Shown here: positions 1-9,790 of the stretch, one piece after another
Numbering within the stretch: position 1 is the stretch's first letter
Layout of the letters: each line of letters begins with the position of its first letter
The notes under the pieces: model-generated
Told to the model about the DNA's origin: nothing
The model's database searches: none
What the model saw: only the letters and a program-made list of their open reading frames with translations
Program-made: the position numbers and the translations under genes
From: Patescibacteria group bacterium
Lineage (GTDB): Bacteria; Patescibacteriota; Dojkabacteria; JAKAPS01
DNA length: 64,000 nt
Direction of reading: 5' to 3'
Assembly: GCA_025450075.1 (NCBI GenBank)
Contig: JANWIC010000007.1
Location: 39,289 to 103,288 of the forward strand

Positions 1-1
1 T

Positions 2-649
2 GAAAGAAAATTACATACTTTTTTCTCCCATTATCCCCAGCATCATTTCAAAAAAGGTGAGACGATTATCGCATCAAGTGATAAAATTACTCATGTATAT
101 CTTCTTGAAGAAGGTCTTGTCCAGCAACGTATCATTACCCAGGAAGGAGAAGAAGTATCCGTCCATCTCTTTAAACCGTTATCATATTTTCCTATGATGG
201 TTGTTATGAGTGAAGAAGAAAATGAATTTGATTTTGTAGCATTACAAAATCTTCTTTTATACAAAGCTCCAACGGAAGAAGTCTTAGCATTTTTGAATAA
301 TAATCATGATGTTTTATTTGATCTTGCTAAAAGATTTGCACAGGGAATTAATGGTTTAACAAGAAAGATTGTCACATTAAGCTATACCGATTCTCATGCG
401 AAAGTCGCTTCCTTCATCTATTATTTTGCAAGCAGGCTTGGCATTCTTGAAGACGGATATATCCGGTTTCCGATACATGTCACACATGCTGATATCGCTT
501 CGTGGATAGGAATTTCACGAGAAACTGTTAGCAGGCATTTTGTTATTTTAGAGCGAAAGGGATTCATTTCCTATGAAGATGAATTTATTCTTGTAAAAGA
601 TTTATCCAAGCTTGAGAAAGAAATTCATAAGCTTAAACGTTCTAAATAA
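2..649 (+). CDS. Crp/Fnr-family transcriptional regulator (5' end lies before the window)
   Basis: Frame is open from position 2 (ERKLHTFFSHYPQHHFKKGETII...VYLLEEGLV), a cNMP-binding-like domain. C-terminal HTH THADIASWIGISRETVSRH has a CRP-type RE-x3-R recognition helix. The ORF-track start at 194 is internal. Confidence 0.93.
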   Translation, partial: ERKLHTFFSHYPQHHFKKGETIIASSDKITHVYLLEEGLVQQRIITQEGEEVSVHLFKPLSYFPMMVVMSEEENEFDFVALQNLLLYKAPTEEVLAFLNNNHDVLFDLAKRFAQGINGLTRKIVTLSYTDSHAKVASFIYYFASRLGILEDGYIRFPIHVTHADIASWIGISRETVSRHFVILERKGFISYEDEFILVKDLSKLEKEIHKLKRSK

Positions 650-1001
650 ATTCAAATTTTCCTGTTATTGTCTCGTTTGCTGGAATTATTCGTTTTCTGG
701 TTTTATTATCTCTTGGCATTCCAGTTGGAAGCAAATAGCTTTGCCATTTCCTATTCCCAACAGATAGTTCAAGATGAGGAAGATCAACAAGTTGAGGTTC
801 ATCATCAACATCATATATCCTGTATTTTCCATTCACAAGTATATGATCAACTTTATGCGAATTATGTGAAGCAATGAGTAATTCACCAATTTCTGCAGCC
901 CAAATCCAAGCATACGTTTTTGTTTTGTCTAAACTAAGAATTTTCATTTGTCCGTTTGACTCAATTAGTTGATAAATGCCTTGTTGAACGAGTTTAATCA
1001 T
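642..1001 (-). CDS. hypothetical protein (119 aa)
   Basis: Intact ATG ORF with a plausible promoter (-10 TACACT, Crp box). No family recognised. Confidence 0.75.
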   Translation of the reverse strand: MIKLVQQGIYQLIESNGQMKILSLDKTKTYAWIWAAEIGELLIASHNSHKVDHILVNGKYRIYDVDDEPQLVDLPHLELSVGNRKWQSYLLPTGMPRDNKTRKRIIPANETITGKFEFI

Positions 1002-1050
1002 AATGAATACTCAAATATATACATGCAGTGTAAATGAAGAAAGGTTACAC

Positions 1051-1072
1051 AACAGTGATGCTTATCACTGTT
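1051..1072. promoter_or_regulatory. Crp-type operator 1 (AACAGTGAT-GCTT-ATCACTGTT; core AGTGA-N6-TCACT)
   Basis: Perfect 9-bp inverted repeat centred at 1061.5. Minus-strand -10 TACACT at 1027-1032 gives about -41.5 (class II) geometry. Confidence 0.8.
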
Positions 1073-1175
1073 CATTTTACCAAATAATAATACAACTTTC
1101 GTAAATCGCACTTCTTCAAAAAGTCTGATGAGATTTTGTTGGTTTACCGACTATACCTTATTTCTGATTTATGTG

Positions 1176-1191
1176 AGTGACAACTATCACT
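1176..1191. promoter_or_regulatory. Crp-type operator 2 (AGTGA-CAACTA-TCACT)
   Basis: Same core as operator 1, centred at 1183.5. Plus-strand -10 candidate TATTGT at 1213-1218 gives about -41.5 geometry upstream of the cytochrome b gene. Confidence 0.75.
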
Positions 1192-1241
1192 GATGGATAG
1201 CTAGCATTCTATTATTGTTAAGCTATACTTTTTTCAATTTT

Positions 1242-2657
1242 ATGAATGAGCAAGAAAAACCTGAATCTTTTCTCATTATTTTAAGTAAAACTATGATAGA
1301 AAAAGTTCCCTCTTATGGGAACAAATTTTTTTATTCCTTAGGTTTTTTGTCAATGATCTCTTTTGTGATATTGATCATCACTGGATGTATCATGGCATTT
1401 GAAGGATCTACATGGTGGCTCACATCGACACTTGGGATATATACGAGAAGTGTGCACATGTGGGCAACGCAGGCATTTGTTATTTTTATGCTTTTGCATT
1501 TACTTATTGTTTTTCTAACATCAGGCTTTAAAAAACCCAGACAATTAACGTGGGTATTGGGAGGATTAATGTTTTTCTTTGTATTACTTGAAGCAGAGTT
1601 TGGATATGTATTACGAGGGGATTTCTCTGCGCAATGGAGAAGTTTACAGGGTGCTGATTTATATAATGGAAGCGGAATAGGTCAGTTTATTAATAATCTG
1701 AATAATATGCAGATTATTGGCATTCATGCTGTCCTCATTCCATTGATTATTATTAGCCTGTTATTCTTCCATTATCTTTTAGTCAAATCAAGAGGTATAG
1801 CTGCACCTTACATAAAAGATGTGCAATATACTGTCGTAAAGGCGGATCATACAATCCTTTTTATCCGCGGTGGTGTTCTTGCAGGAGTTATATTACTGCT
1901 TGCAATATTTTTTAAATCTCCATTTATCGCAGCAACCACCATTCAAGATGTTGCGACACAAGATCCTACTCTTCTAGCAAAAACACTCATTTCCGAGATG
2001 GATCAAAGTTCTGATACTGCTATATATCTGGATAATATAGATCCGTATACTTTTAACACGAAACAGGTATTTATTGAAGATCCATATATGCAATATATCA
2101 AGTTATATAATTCACCGAATATGCTATCAGCATTTGATAGTCAGGATTCTCGTGTGAAACTACTGGAACTGCAGGAAGCAAAGGACTACTTTGCTACGAA
2201 TACTGATTATACATCTCTTCCATATTCAGCGAATCCGGTAGTTCCAGTGGTTACCACACTGGTTCGAATGGCACAAACTGGGCTTTATGAAGCGAGCTTA
2301 AGACAATCTCTTGAAAATGGTTCAAATGGGACATATGTAACACGTTTCTTGGCAGATACTGGGGTATTGCAGGATAAGGCAACAAACCTTTACCTTACTA
2401 CAGACCAGTATGGCATGGTGAGAGATGAGTCAGGAGGAACTTTGCCTCCAGGAGCTTGGTGGTTAACTCCATTAGGTTTTCTGGATCACACGCTCCTTTC
2501 TACTGATCCTAATCAGGATAGAGATGGAGCAATCATTATTGGAACATTCATTCTTCTTTTATTGGCGTTTCCATATATTCCTTTCTTTAATAGACTTCCT
2601 GAACTATTTAGGATTGACCGCCTGATTTGGAAAGAGAAAAATGCGAAGTCTTCATGA
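1242..2657 (+). CDS. cytochrome b/b6 N-terminal-domain membrane protein with a large soluble insert
   Basis: Four heme-ligand His in two pairs 14 residues apart (RSVHMW..LLHLL; GIHAV..FFHYL), and GFKKPRQLTWVLG and FGYVLRGD motifs. ATG at 1242 preferred over TTG at 1215. Confidence 0.88.
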   Translation: MNEQEKPESFLIILSKTMIEKVPSYGNKFFYSLGFLSMISFVILIITGCIMAFEGSTWWLTSTLGIYTRSVHMWATQAFVIFMLLHLLIVFLTSGFKKPRQLTWVLGGLMFFFVLLEAEFGYVLRGDFSAQWRSLQGADLYNGSGIGQFINNLNNMQIIGIHAVLIPLIIISLLFFHYLLVKSRGIAAPYIKDVQYTVVKADHTILFIRGGVLAGVILLLAIFFKSPFIAATTIQDVATQDPTLLAKTLISEMDQSSDTAIYLDNIDPYTFNTKQVFIEDPYMQYIKLYNSPNMLSAFDSQDSRVKLLELQEAKDYFATNTDYTSLPYSANPVVPVVTTLVRMAQTGLYEASLRQSLENGSNGTYVTRFLADTGVLQDKATNLYLTTDQYGMVRDESGGTLPPGAWWLTPLGFLDHTLLSTDPNQDRDGAIIIGTFILLLLAFPYIPFFNRLPELFRIDRLIWKEKNAKSS

Positions 2658-2680
2658 TGAGTATCTGATATAATGGAAGT

Positions 2681-3553
2681 ATGAGTAATACGAGACTTCT
2701 TTCTGTCCATACTTCTGACGACTTGTATCTTAATGGGATACTCTCAGAACCTGATCATGGAAGTAGGACTATCATAATCCATACTCACGGCATGCAGGGA
2801 GATCTCTTCTCTCATATGCAGCTTTATGTGAGTAAATATCCAGAATATGGAGTTGCATTCTTATCAGGAGAGAATAGAGGTGCAAATATAATAAGGCGTT
2901 TTGATACAAGTACTGATGGGAAGATAATTGGCGGTGCATATGAGATTTTTGAAGAATGTGTATATGATATTGCTTCTTGGGTAGATGAGGCAGAAGAATT
3001 AGGATATGCAAATATCTGGATATCTTCACACAGTCTTTCTCCTGCTAAAATAGCATATTATCTCTATACAACAAAAGATCCAAGAGTAAAGGGAGTTATA
3101 TTCCTCAGTCCATCTGATAATGTGGGACTTGTAAAAGACCCGATTGGTGCAGCTGACCATGCTATCTGCTTTCCAGAAGCATTGCAACTTATTCAGCAAG
3201 GGAAACCACAGCAACTTCTTACACATCTTTTATGGGGAGATAAGATGCTTTCTGCTAGAACTTATTTAAACCTTTTTAGCGATGAATCTGCAGCAAATGT
3301 CTTCCACTATTATGATCCTTCCCGAAGTTGGGAAGTTGTAGAAAGTATCCGTGTTCCTGTCATAGCTTTCAGTGGATCAGAAGATGATGGGATTTTACCC
3401 GTCATTGATCCACAAAAGGGGTTAGAAATGCTAAAAAATCATCTCTTAAAATCTCCTCATGTTGCAACACATGTATTTGAAAATGCCACACATTCATTTG
3501 CCGGATTTGAAGAAGAAATCATCAATCTTTGTGTTTCCTTTATTAATTCCTAA
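2681..3553 (+). CDS. alpha/beta hydrolase (DUF1749-like)
   Basis: HTHG oxyanion motif, SHSLS nucleophile elbow, GSEDD acid and ATHSF catalytic His. Confidence 0.85.
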   Translation: MSNTRLLSVHTSDDLYLNGILSEPDHGSRTIIIHTHGMQGDLFSHMQLYVSKYPEYGVAFLSGENRGANIIRRFDTSTDGKIIGGAYEIFEECVYDIASWVDEAEELGYANIWISSHSLSPAKIAYYLYTTKDPRVKGVIFLSPSDNVGLVKDPIGAADHAICFPEALQLIQQGKPQQLLTHLLWGDKMLSARTYLNLFSDESAANVFHYYDPSRSWEVVESIRVPVIAFSGSEDDGILPVIDPQKGLEMLKNHLLKSPHVATHVFENATHSFAGFEEEIINLCVSFINS

Positions 3554-3715
3554 TTTGGCATATTTTGCAGATGAAGAATATTCCAAAAAGGAGTTTTCTG
3601 ATATTATTCTGGTATTCGAGGTAGATTTGTAAAATCAAAAGAAGTGATAGGGATAATTTCAGCAAAAAATATTAGCAGAAGATATACGAATTAAAGTTAA
3701 TGGAAGTTAGAGGAA

Positions 3716-4438
3716 TCAATGGGATACGGGGTTTTCTGCATCTTGCGTTGATTCAGGCTTTCTAATGAAATGTGCTAGATTATATTTAAAGTACATTCTA
3801 CCACATATACTCATGATTTCAGAAACTGGAATTTCTCCTAAACCTTCAATCGTTAATAACTGTCTACAAATTTCCCGTTTTTTTAGTCTAAGCTTTTTTC
3901 CAAAGATTGGGCCAGATAATGCGTATAAAATATCTGCTCTCGGTGTCCGTTCAAATAGAAGTGGATATTTAATTTCGCCAGATTTTTTGGCACTTGGCAA
4001 TTCTGCAGCTTCTTTGATTGTTTGCATTATCTCTCGTAATGAATCTTCACCTAACCGATGAAACATTGTTCTTCTACTTTCCCCTTTGGTATATGGTACC
4101 ACAGGAATTGCCCCAGCCTCATATAGAATGTCACAATACGCATTTTGTAATTCGTACACTTGGGGTGAAAAAAAACCTCTTCGTGTATGATCAATAATTC
4201 CTAATACAAAGATTCGAGGCTCTCCTCTTCCTTCCTCAAGGACATGCCATCCTTCCCATACAACAAATCCTAGTAATTCATGGTGCTTATCAGCAAGACT
4301 TATAAGCTTATCACCGATTTCATTTATACATGCAAATCCTTCACTTGTAAATGCAAACACTTCTTTTCCATTTTTATGTGGACTATGAGGTGGTAGCCGA
4401 TCCGAGTTAGGGGTTGTTAAATCTTCCTGTGCGCTCAT
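3716..4438 (-). CDS. hypothetical protein (240 aa)
   Basis: Long intact ORF filling the gap. No recognised motif. Confidence 0.65.
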   Translation of the reverse strand: MSAQEDLTTPNSDRLPPHSPHKNGKEVFAFTSEGFACINEIGDKLISLADKHHELLGFVVWEGWHVLEEGRGEPRIFVLGIIDHTRRGFFSPQVYELQNAYCDILYEAGAIPVVPYTKGESRRTMFHRLGEDSLREIMQTIKEAAELPSAKKSGEIKYPLLFERTPRADILYALSGPIFGKKLRLKKREICRQLLTIEGLGEIPVSEIMSICGRMYFKYNLAHFIRKPESTQDAENPVSH

Positions 4439-4627
4439 ATCGCTTGGGTTATGGAGGAAGTATACATCGAGTATTTCAAGAGCGCAAATTATGCGACTTC
4501 ATTATTAATATTAAGATATCTAACAAGACACAAAAAAAGGAATATCGGTTTGGTATAAAAGAATAACTGAACAAATGATAGTAAAATAAAATGGTTATTA
4601 TAACAAAAAGTTTCATGAAGATTCAGA

Positions 4628-4656
4628 TTGAAGAATACTCTTAATTCCTGTACAAT
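4628..4656 (+). promoter_or_regulatory. sigma70-type promoter of tyrS
   Basis: TTGAAG-17 bp-TACAAT. Confidence 0.6.
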
Positions 4657-4679
4657 AAGCCTCGTATTATATATATATT

Positions 4680-5798
4680 ATGGACACCACCTCATTGGAA
4701 AAACATGTTGAAGAGATTATCGGATTAGATGAGCTCAAAACATATCTGGCTGCCCATAAAACACTCCAACACTATATTGGCTTTGAAATATCAGGACTTG
4801 TCCACCTTGGTACAGGATTAATGACAGGAATAGTAGTTCGAGAACTTCAGAAGCTTGGAGTCAATACCTCATACTTCCTTGCAGATTGGCATACATGGAT
4901 TAATAACAAGCTAGGTGGAGATATGGATTTCATAAATAAAGTGTCACATGAATACTTCGGTCCTGCATTAAAAATTTCTGCAAAAATTGCAGGTGCAAAT
5001 GAATCAAAAATTGAACTGAAGTACGGAAGTGAACTTTATCATAATAACGATGATTACTGGAAAAGTATCATTGATATAAGCAAGAATTTAACATTATCGC
5101 GGGTTCTCAAATCAACTATGATTATGGGAAGAAAGGAAAGTGATTCAATGCAATTTAGCTTTCTCATTTATCCCCCTATGCAGGTAGCAGATATTTACGA
5201 AATGCAAGTAAATATAGCTCATGCAGGTATGGACCAAAGAAAAGTCCATGTTATAGCTCGAGAAGTTGCAGAGAAACTGGAGATCTCACCTCTAAAAGAT
5301 GATGGAGGGAAGAATATAAAGCCGGTTGCTGTGCATCATCGCCTCCTATTAGGACTTCAAAAACCATCAACTTGGCCGATTCCTGAAGGAGTAGAGAAAG
5401 ATTTTATCCGCACTGAAATGAAGATGAGCAAATCAATACCTGGTTCAGCTATATTTATTCATGATACTGAAGAAGAAATTAGAAGCAAAATCAAGAAAGC
5501 ATTTTGTCCTGAAAAAGAAACAGAAGTTAATCCTGTCCTCAATTGGGCCAAAAATATCATCTTCCCCATTGTTGGTGAATTGAGAGTAAATCGTGAAGAA
5601 AAGTATGGTGAAAGCTTTACGGCGAAATCATACGAAGAGCTGGAGGAGAGATATGCATCAGGAGAACTTTTTTCACTAGATTTGAAAAATGCTGTTGCAG
5701 ATATACTTGTGGATATGCTTACTCCTGCAAGAGAATACTTTTCCCAAGACAACCTTCCGGAACTTATTCAACAAATTAGAGATAGTCAGACAAGATAA
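4680..5798 (+). CDS. tyrS: tyrosine--tRNA ligase, archaeal type
   Basis: HYIGFEISGLVHLGTG (HIGH region), YPPMQVADI, HAGMDQRKVH, KMSKS, AFCP...NPV and ELFSLDLKNAV. 372 aa with no S4-like domain. Confidence 0.96.
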   Translation: MDTTSLEKHVEEIIGLDELKTYLAAHKTLQHYIGFEISGLVHLGTGLMTGIVVRELQKLGVNTSYFLADWHTWINNKLGGDMDFINKVSHEYFGPALKISAKIAGANESKIELKYGSELYHNNDDYWKSIIDISKNLTLSRVLKSTMIMGRKESDSMQFSFLIYPPMQVADIYEMQVNIAHAGMDQRKVHVIAREVAEKLEISPLKDDGGKNIKPVAVHHRLLLGLQKPSTWPIPEGVEKDFIRTEMKMSKSIPGSAIFIHDTEEEIRSKIKKAFCPEKETEVNPVLNWAKNIIFPIVGELRVNREEKYGESFTAKSYEELEERYASGELFSLDLKNAVADILVDMLTPAREYFSQDNLPELIQQIRDSQTR

Positions 5799-5863
5799 GT
5801 GCCTTACACTAATTGAGGTCAGCCATAAAGTATGATAGAATCTTGATACTTTTTTGTATTAAT

Positions 5864-6892
5864 GTGGAACATGACCGATTATCTTTTGCTTATTCCGAAA
5901 CATTTCCTGAAAGTTTGCTGCCTCTTTTTGAAACTAATGAATGTGAACTTGCAGAAGAACTGCTTTGTGAACTTCATGCATGGGGCGTTTATACTAGAAC
6001 TAAACTTAATAAAAGATATCTAAAATCAGGCATTATCAGTCCTAATAGGGACATAGCTAGGCAAGCAATTGAAAGAGGAAATGAAATATTTTCAGTATTA
6101 AATAAAACTCCTCTTTTAGTAGATACTAATCCAGAACAAGAACTTGCCATTCGGGTAACCGCCTTTGAAAAGATTCTTTGGCTGTTAGTTCCTGATGAGA
6201 TAAGAAAGATTCTGGAAAAAACAAGTGAAAGAATTGCAAAGGTAATACCGATGGGATTTGGAATTGCTTTGATTGGTGGAACGGGGTTTGGAGCGGTATA
6301 TGAAAGGATGCTGATGGGGCTGAATATAAAGAATGGAGATGTTGATATTAAGCATTTCGAAGATGATATTCTCCCGCCTCGTTTACAAATGATGATAAAT
6401 AATATTATTCAAGATGAATTAAGAAGTAATTCTCTTGGTATGCGCTTATGTTCACACTTTAATGGAAATAATAGGGGAGAGAATAATCTTACACATGAAG
6501 TAGATCCTATTAATCAATTGGAATATGATGTCTTTTTTAATTTGTCTTTTCCACAAGATATTAATCAAAGAAATAGAGAAGCAATTTTTAAAAGGCTTAG
6601 TTATTTTGCAAGAACCGATAGGGAACGTTGGATTAGGCTAATAGAAACGATAATGATTAGAATAACAAAAAATCCTATTGAATCAAAATATATTTCTCCA
6701 TGGTTAGCTATTCCTCTTCAACATGACCCAGTTGTCCATATTTCAAGGTTACGTATTTATCAACTTAATTTTGATATTTCAGAACAAGAGCTATTACGTG
6801 TCGCGCACATTGCAAAACTTGGGAAGAAACTTTATCAACTCCTCATACTTCGAATGCTACTTGCGACTGGAGTCCAGGAAGAAATTGCTTAA
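5864..6892 (+). CDS. hypothetical protein, possible degenerate nucleotidyltransferase fold
   Basis: Long ORF with probable GTG start at 5864. IALIGGTGFG...GDVDIK resembles hG[GS]...DhD. Confidence 0.65.
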   Translation: MEHDRLSFAYSETFPESLLPLFETNECELAEELLCELHAWGVYTRTKLNKRYLKSGIISPNRDIARQAIERGNEIFSVLNKTPLLVDTNPEQELAIRVTAFEKILWLLVPDEIRKILEKTSERIAKVIPMGFGIALIGGTGFGAVYERMLMGLNIKNGDVDIKHFEDDILPPRLQMMINNIIQDELRSNSLGMRLCSHFNGNNRGENNLTHEVDPINQLEYDVFFNLSFPQDINQRNREAIFKRLSYFARTDRERWIRLIETIMIRITKNPIESKYISPWLAIPLQHDPVVHISRLRIYQLNFDISEQELLRVAHIAKLGKKLYQLLILRMLLATGVQEEIA

Positions 6893-7242
6893 AGGCTGCT
6901 TTGATCTTGGATATATTGCATAATTTGCTTTGGTGTCATGTTGTAGTTCAGATGATTCATGATCCAGATTGATGCGACAATGACAACTACTACTGCTCCG
7001 AATGTAGATATAAAGAAGACAACATTCCACCGGGGAGCTGGCTCTTGTCCTAAATGGAGAAAGAATACAAGTTGCACAAATAATTGGATAAGTGCAATTA
7101 TTAAAATAATTGGTAGAAGAATTTCATGAGGGATTTGTTCATGATATGAATTAACATGAATCAAGACAAGGATATATGCGAGAAATGTTAAAATCAAAGA
7201 GAGTATAAAACCTGCAATGTATGTTTTAAGTGTTTTTGTCAT
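6889..7242 (-). CDS. cyoD: cytochrome bo3 ubiquinol oxidase subunit IV
   Basis: YIAGFILSLILT, QLFVQLVFFLHL and SIWIMNHLNYNM motifs. ATG at 7242 overlaps the cyoC stop. Confidence 0.93.
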   Translation of the reverse strand: MTKTLKTYIAGFILSLILTFLAYILVLIHVNSYHEQIPHEILLPIILIIALIQLFVQLVFFLHLGQEPAPRWNVVFFISTFGAVVVVIVASIWIMNHLNYNMTPKQIMQYIQDQSSL

Positions 7243-7808
7243 AGCGCGACTCCCATAAGATAGACAATTGTAAAGATAAAAATCCAAACAATATCAAGAA
7301 AATGCCAGAATAAACTCATCAAGGTAATTTTTCGTATTCCTCCTTGTGTCAATCCCTTTTTCAAGATGAAAATGATTAAAATAAGCATCCATAATAGTCC
7401 TGCTGTAATATGCAGCCCATGTGTTCCGACTAAGGCAAAATATGATGACAAGAAAGCGCTTTTTTGATATGTATGTCCTTCTGAAAATAAATGAGAAAAT
7501 TCATACAATTCCATTCCTAAAAACCCAGCTCCAAGAAGAAAAGTTGTACATAACATCGCTATTACTCCTTTTAATTTCTTCTCATGAGCAAGAAGCAATG
7601 CTACTCCGCAGGTAAAACTACTTGTCAAAAGGAAAAGTGTTTCTACAAGGACAAATGGCATATTAAAAATTTGCGAACCTCCAACTCCTCCAAAAGTATT
7701 ATTCCGTAATACAATAAATGCAGCAAAAAGTCCTGCAAACATTAACAAGTCTGTCATTAAGTATATCCAGAAACCTAAAAATGTTTTTTCGTTTTTTTCT
7801 TCATGCAT
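7239..7808 (-). CDS. cyoC: cytochrome bo3 ubiquinol oxidase subunit III
   Basis: GFWIYLMTD, ETLFLLTSS, GTHGLH and FWHFLDIVWIFIFTIVYL. Confidence 0.96.
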   Translation of the reverse strand: MHEEKNEKTFLGFWIYLMTDLLMFAGLFAAFIVLRNNTFGGVGGSQIFNMPFVLVETLFLLTSSFTCGVALLLAHEKKLKGVIAMLCTTFLLGAGFLGMELYEFSHLFSEGHTYQKSAFLSSYFALVGTHGLHITAGLLWMLILIIFILKKGLTQGGIRKITLMSLFWHFLDIVWIFIFTIVYLMGVAL

Positions 7809-9789
7809 ATATGTGGTCCTTTCTTTCCTGTTCTAATTTTGCAATTTCTTGAGCAGTTAATATATATTCAGTTTCTTCATCAAAAGCCCTGATGATGAGG
7901 CATACCATCATTCCCACAAATCCTATACCTGCGATCAGAAACATATGCCATACCATTGCAAATCCAAATAATAGAGCAAATCCTGCAAGATAGATCCCAA
8001 ACGGTGTATTTTTTGGTAATTCAAAATCTTTGTATTCCACATTTGCAGGCTGCGGATTTTCTTTCATTTCTTTTTTCATCTCCCAGAAAGCATCTCTGCC
8101 ATGAACTTCAGGAATTACTGCATAGTTATAAAAGGGAGGAGGGGAAGATGTTGCCCATTCAAGGTTTCTGGCATCCCATGGGTCACCTGACAAGTCCATA
8201 TTTTGTTTTCTATTTTTTATACTAATGATGATTTGTAGGATTTGGGTAGTTACTCCTGCAAGTATTACCATAAATCCAAGAACCGATATGATAAACAATG
8301 GTTGCCAGGCTGGATTTGTATAATGGTCAAGCCGTCTCGTTGCACCCATATATCCGAGAATATATAACGGGATAAAGGCAAGGAAAAAACCGGTAAGCCA
8401 GAACCAGAAAGCAGTCTTCCCTAATTTTTCATTCAGTTTAAATCCCATAAACTTTGGGAACCAGTATGTAATCCCTGCGAACAATCCGAATAATGCACCT
8501 CCAACAATCATGGTATGGAAATGTGCGACAAGAAATAGTGAGTTATGTAATTGATAATCTGCAGTAGGAGATGCTAGCAAGACTCCTGCAATACCTCCGA
8601 ATGTAAAAGTTGCTACAAACCCTAAGAACCAGTAGAGCGAAGATGACAACACAATCCTTCCCCGATACATCGTTGATAACCAATTAAAGATCTGGACTCC
8701 GGTAGGGATAGCGATAATCATAGTTGAAATACCAAAGATTGCATTCACATCTGCTCCTGCTCCCATGGTAAAGAAATGATGAAGCCATACCATTAATGAA
8801 AGAATAGTTACAAAAATTGCTGCAAGAACTTGTGAGGTATATCCGGCAAGTTTTTTGTGACTAAATGTTGATACGACTTCAGAAAATATACCAAAAGAGG
8901 GGAGTACTAAAATATATACTTCCGGATGTCCCCACATCCAAATGAGGTTAATATACATCATCGGATTTCCGCCATTTGTGGTAGTAAAAAAATGCATTCC
9001 TAAATATCGATCAAGAGTTAACATGGCAATGGTTATTGCAAGAATTGGAAAAACAGTTACAACAAGAATACTGCTGCATAGAGTTGTCCATACAAAAAGT
9101 GGCATTCGCATCAAGGTCATGCCAGGTGCGCGCATCTTTAATATGGTTACAAGAAAGTTTAATCCAGCAAGCAAGCTTCCAAGTCCTGATACTTGTAAAC
9201 TCCATATCCAGTAATCAACTCCTACTCCAGGGCTAAATTGCAATTCTGATAATGGCGCTTGAGCAAGCCAACCGGTTGCAGCAAAATCTCCTCCAAATAC
9301 AAAGAACATATTAATGAGGATGGCACCTGCGACATAGAGCCAGAAACCAAGCGTGTTTAGAAAAGGAAATGCCAAATCACGTGCACCGATTTGTAACGGA
9401 ACAACAAGATTCATTAGTCCAACTAATAATCCCATGGTTGCAAAAAATACCATAATATCCCCATGAGCAGTAAATATTTGCTGGAAATGATCTGCACTTA
9501 AGTAACCTGTTGACGATCCCACGGAAAGTGCCTGTTGCATCCAAATCATGATTGCATCTAAAGCTCCTCGAAAAAGCATAAGAAGCGCAACAATGATATA
9601 CATAATTCCGATTCTCTTTGGGTCAGTTGAAGTAAGCCATTCATTCCATAGCCATTTCCACCGCTTTGTATACGTTAATACTGCAGCAGCTACAGCTCCC
9701 ATCAGCATGAGGGTAAGTGTTCCCCCGATGGTATACCATACATGTGGTAGAGAGTTCCAGGTTAATTTACCGAATAGTAAGTTCCACAT
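7801..9789 (-). CDS. cyoB: cytochrome bo3 ubiquinol oxidase subunit I (heme-copper oxidase)
   Basis: WGHPEVY, VWLHHFF and VAHFH. Quinol-site residues FRGALD (R71/D75-like) and DHFQQIFTAHG (H98/Q101/H106-like). Confidence 0.97.
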   Translation of the reverse strand: MWNLLFGKLTWNSLPHVWYTIGGTLTLMLMGAVAAAVLTYTKRWKWLWNEWLTSTDPKRIGIMYIIVALLMLFRGALDAIMIWMQQALSVGSSTGYLSADHFQQIFTAHGDIMVFFATMGLLVGLMNLVVPLQIGARDLAFPFLNTLGFWLYVAGAILINMFFVFGGDFAATGWLAQAPLSELQFSPGVGVDYWIWSLQVSGLGSLLAGLNFLVTILKMRAPGMTLMRMPLFVWTTLCSSILVVTVFPILAITIAMLTLDRYLGMHFFTTTNGGNPMMYINLIWMWGHPEVYILVLPSFGIFSEVVSTFSHKKLAGYTSQVLAAIFVTILSLMVWLHHFFTMGAGADVNAIFGISTMIIAIPTGVQIFNWLSTMYRGRIVLSSSLYWFLGFVATFTFGGIAGVLLASPTADYQLHNSLFLVAHFHTMIVGGALFGLFAGITYWFPKFMGFKLNEKLGKTAFWFWLTGFFLAFIPLYILGYMGATRRLDHYTNPAWQPLFIISVLGFMVILAGVTTQILQIIISIKNRKQNMDLSGDPWDARNLEWATSSPPPFYNYAVIPEVHGRDAFWEMKKEMKENPQPANVEYKDFELPKNTPFGIYLAGFALLFGFAMVWHMFLIAGIGFVGMMVCLIIRAFDEETEYILTAQEIAKLEQERKDHIYA

Positions 9790-9790
9790 A

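Noticed and set aside
1028-1050. GTGTAA-N11-TTACAC inverted repeat beside Crp box 1
   Set aside because: Short, single occurrence and partly explained by the -10 element. Not enough to call a second operator.
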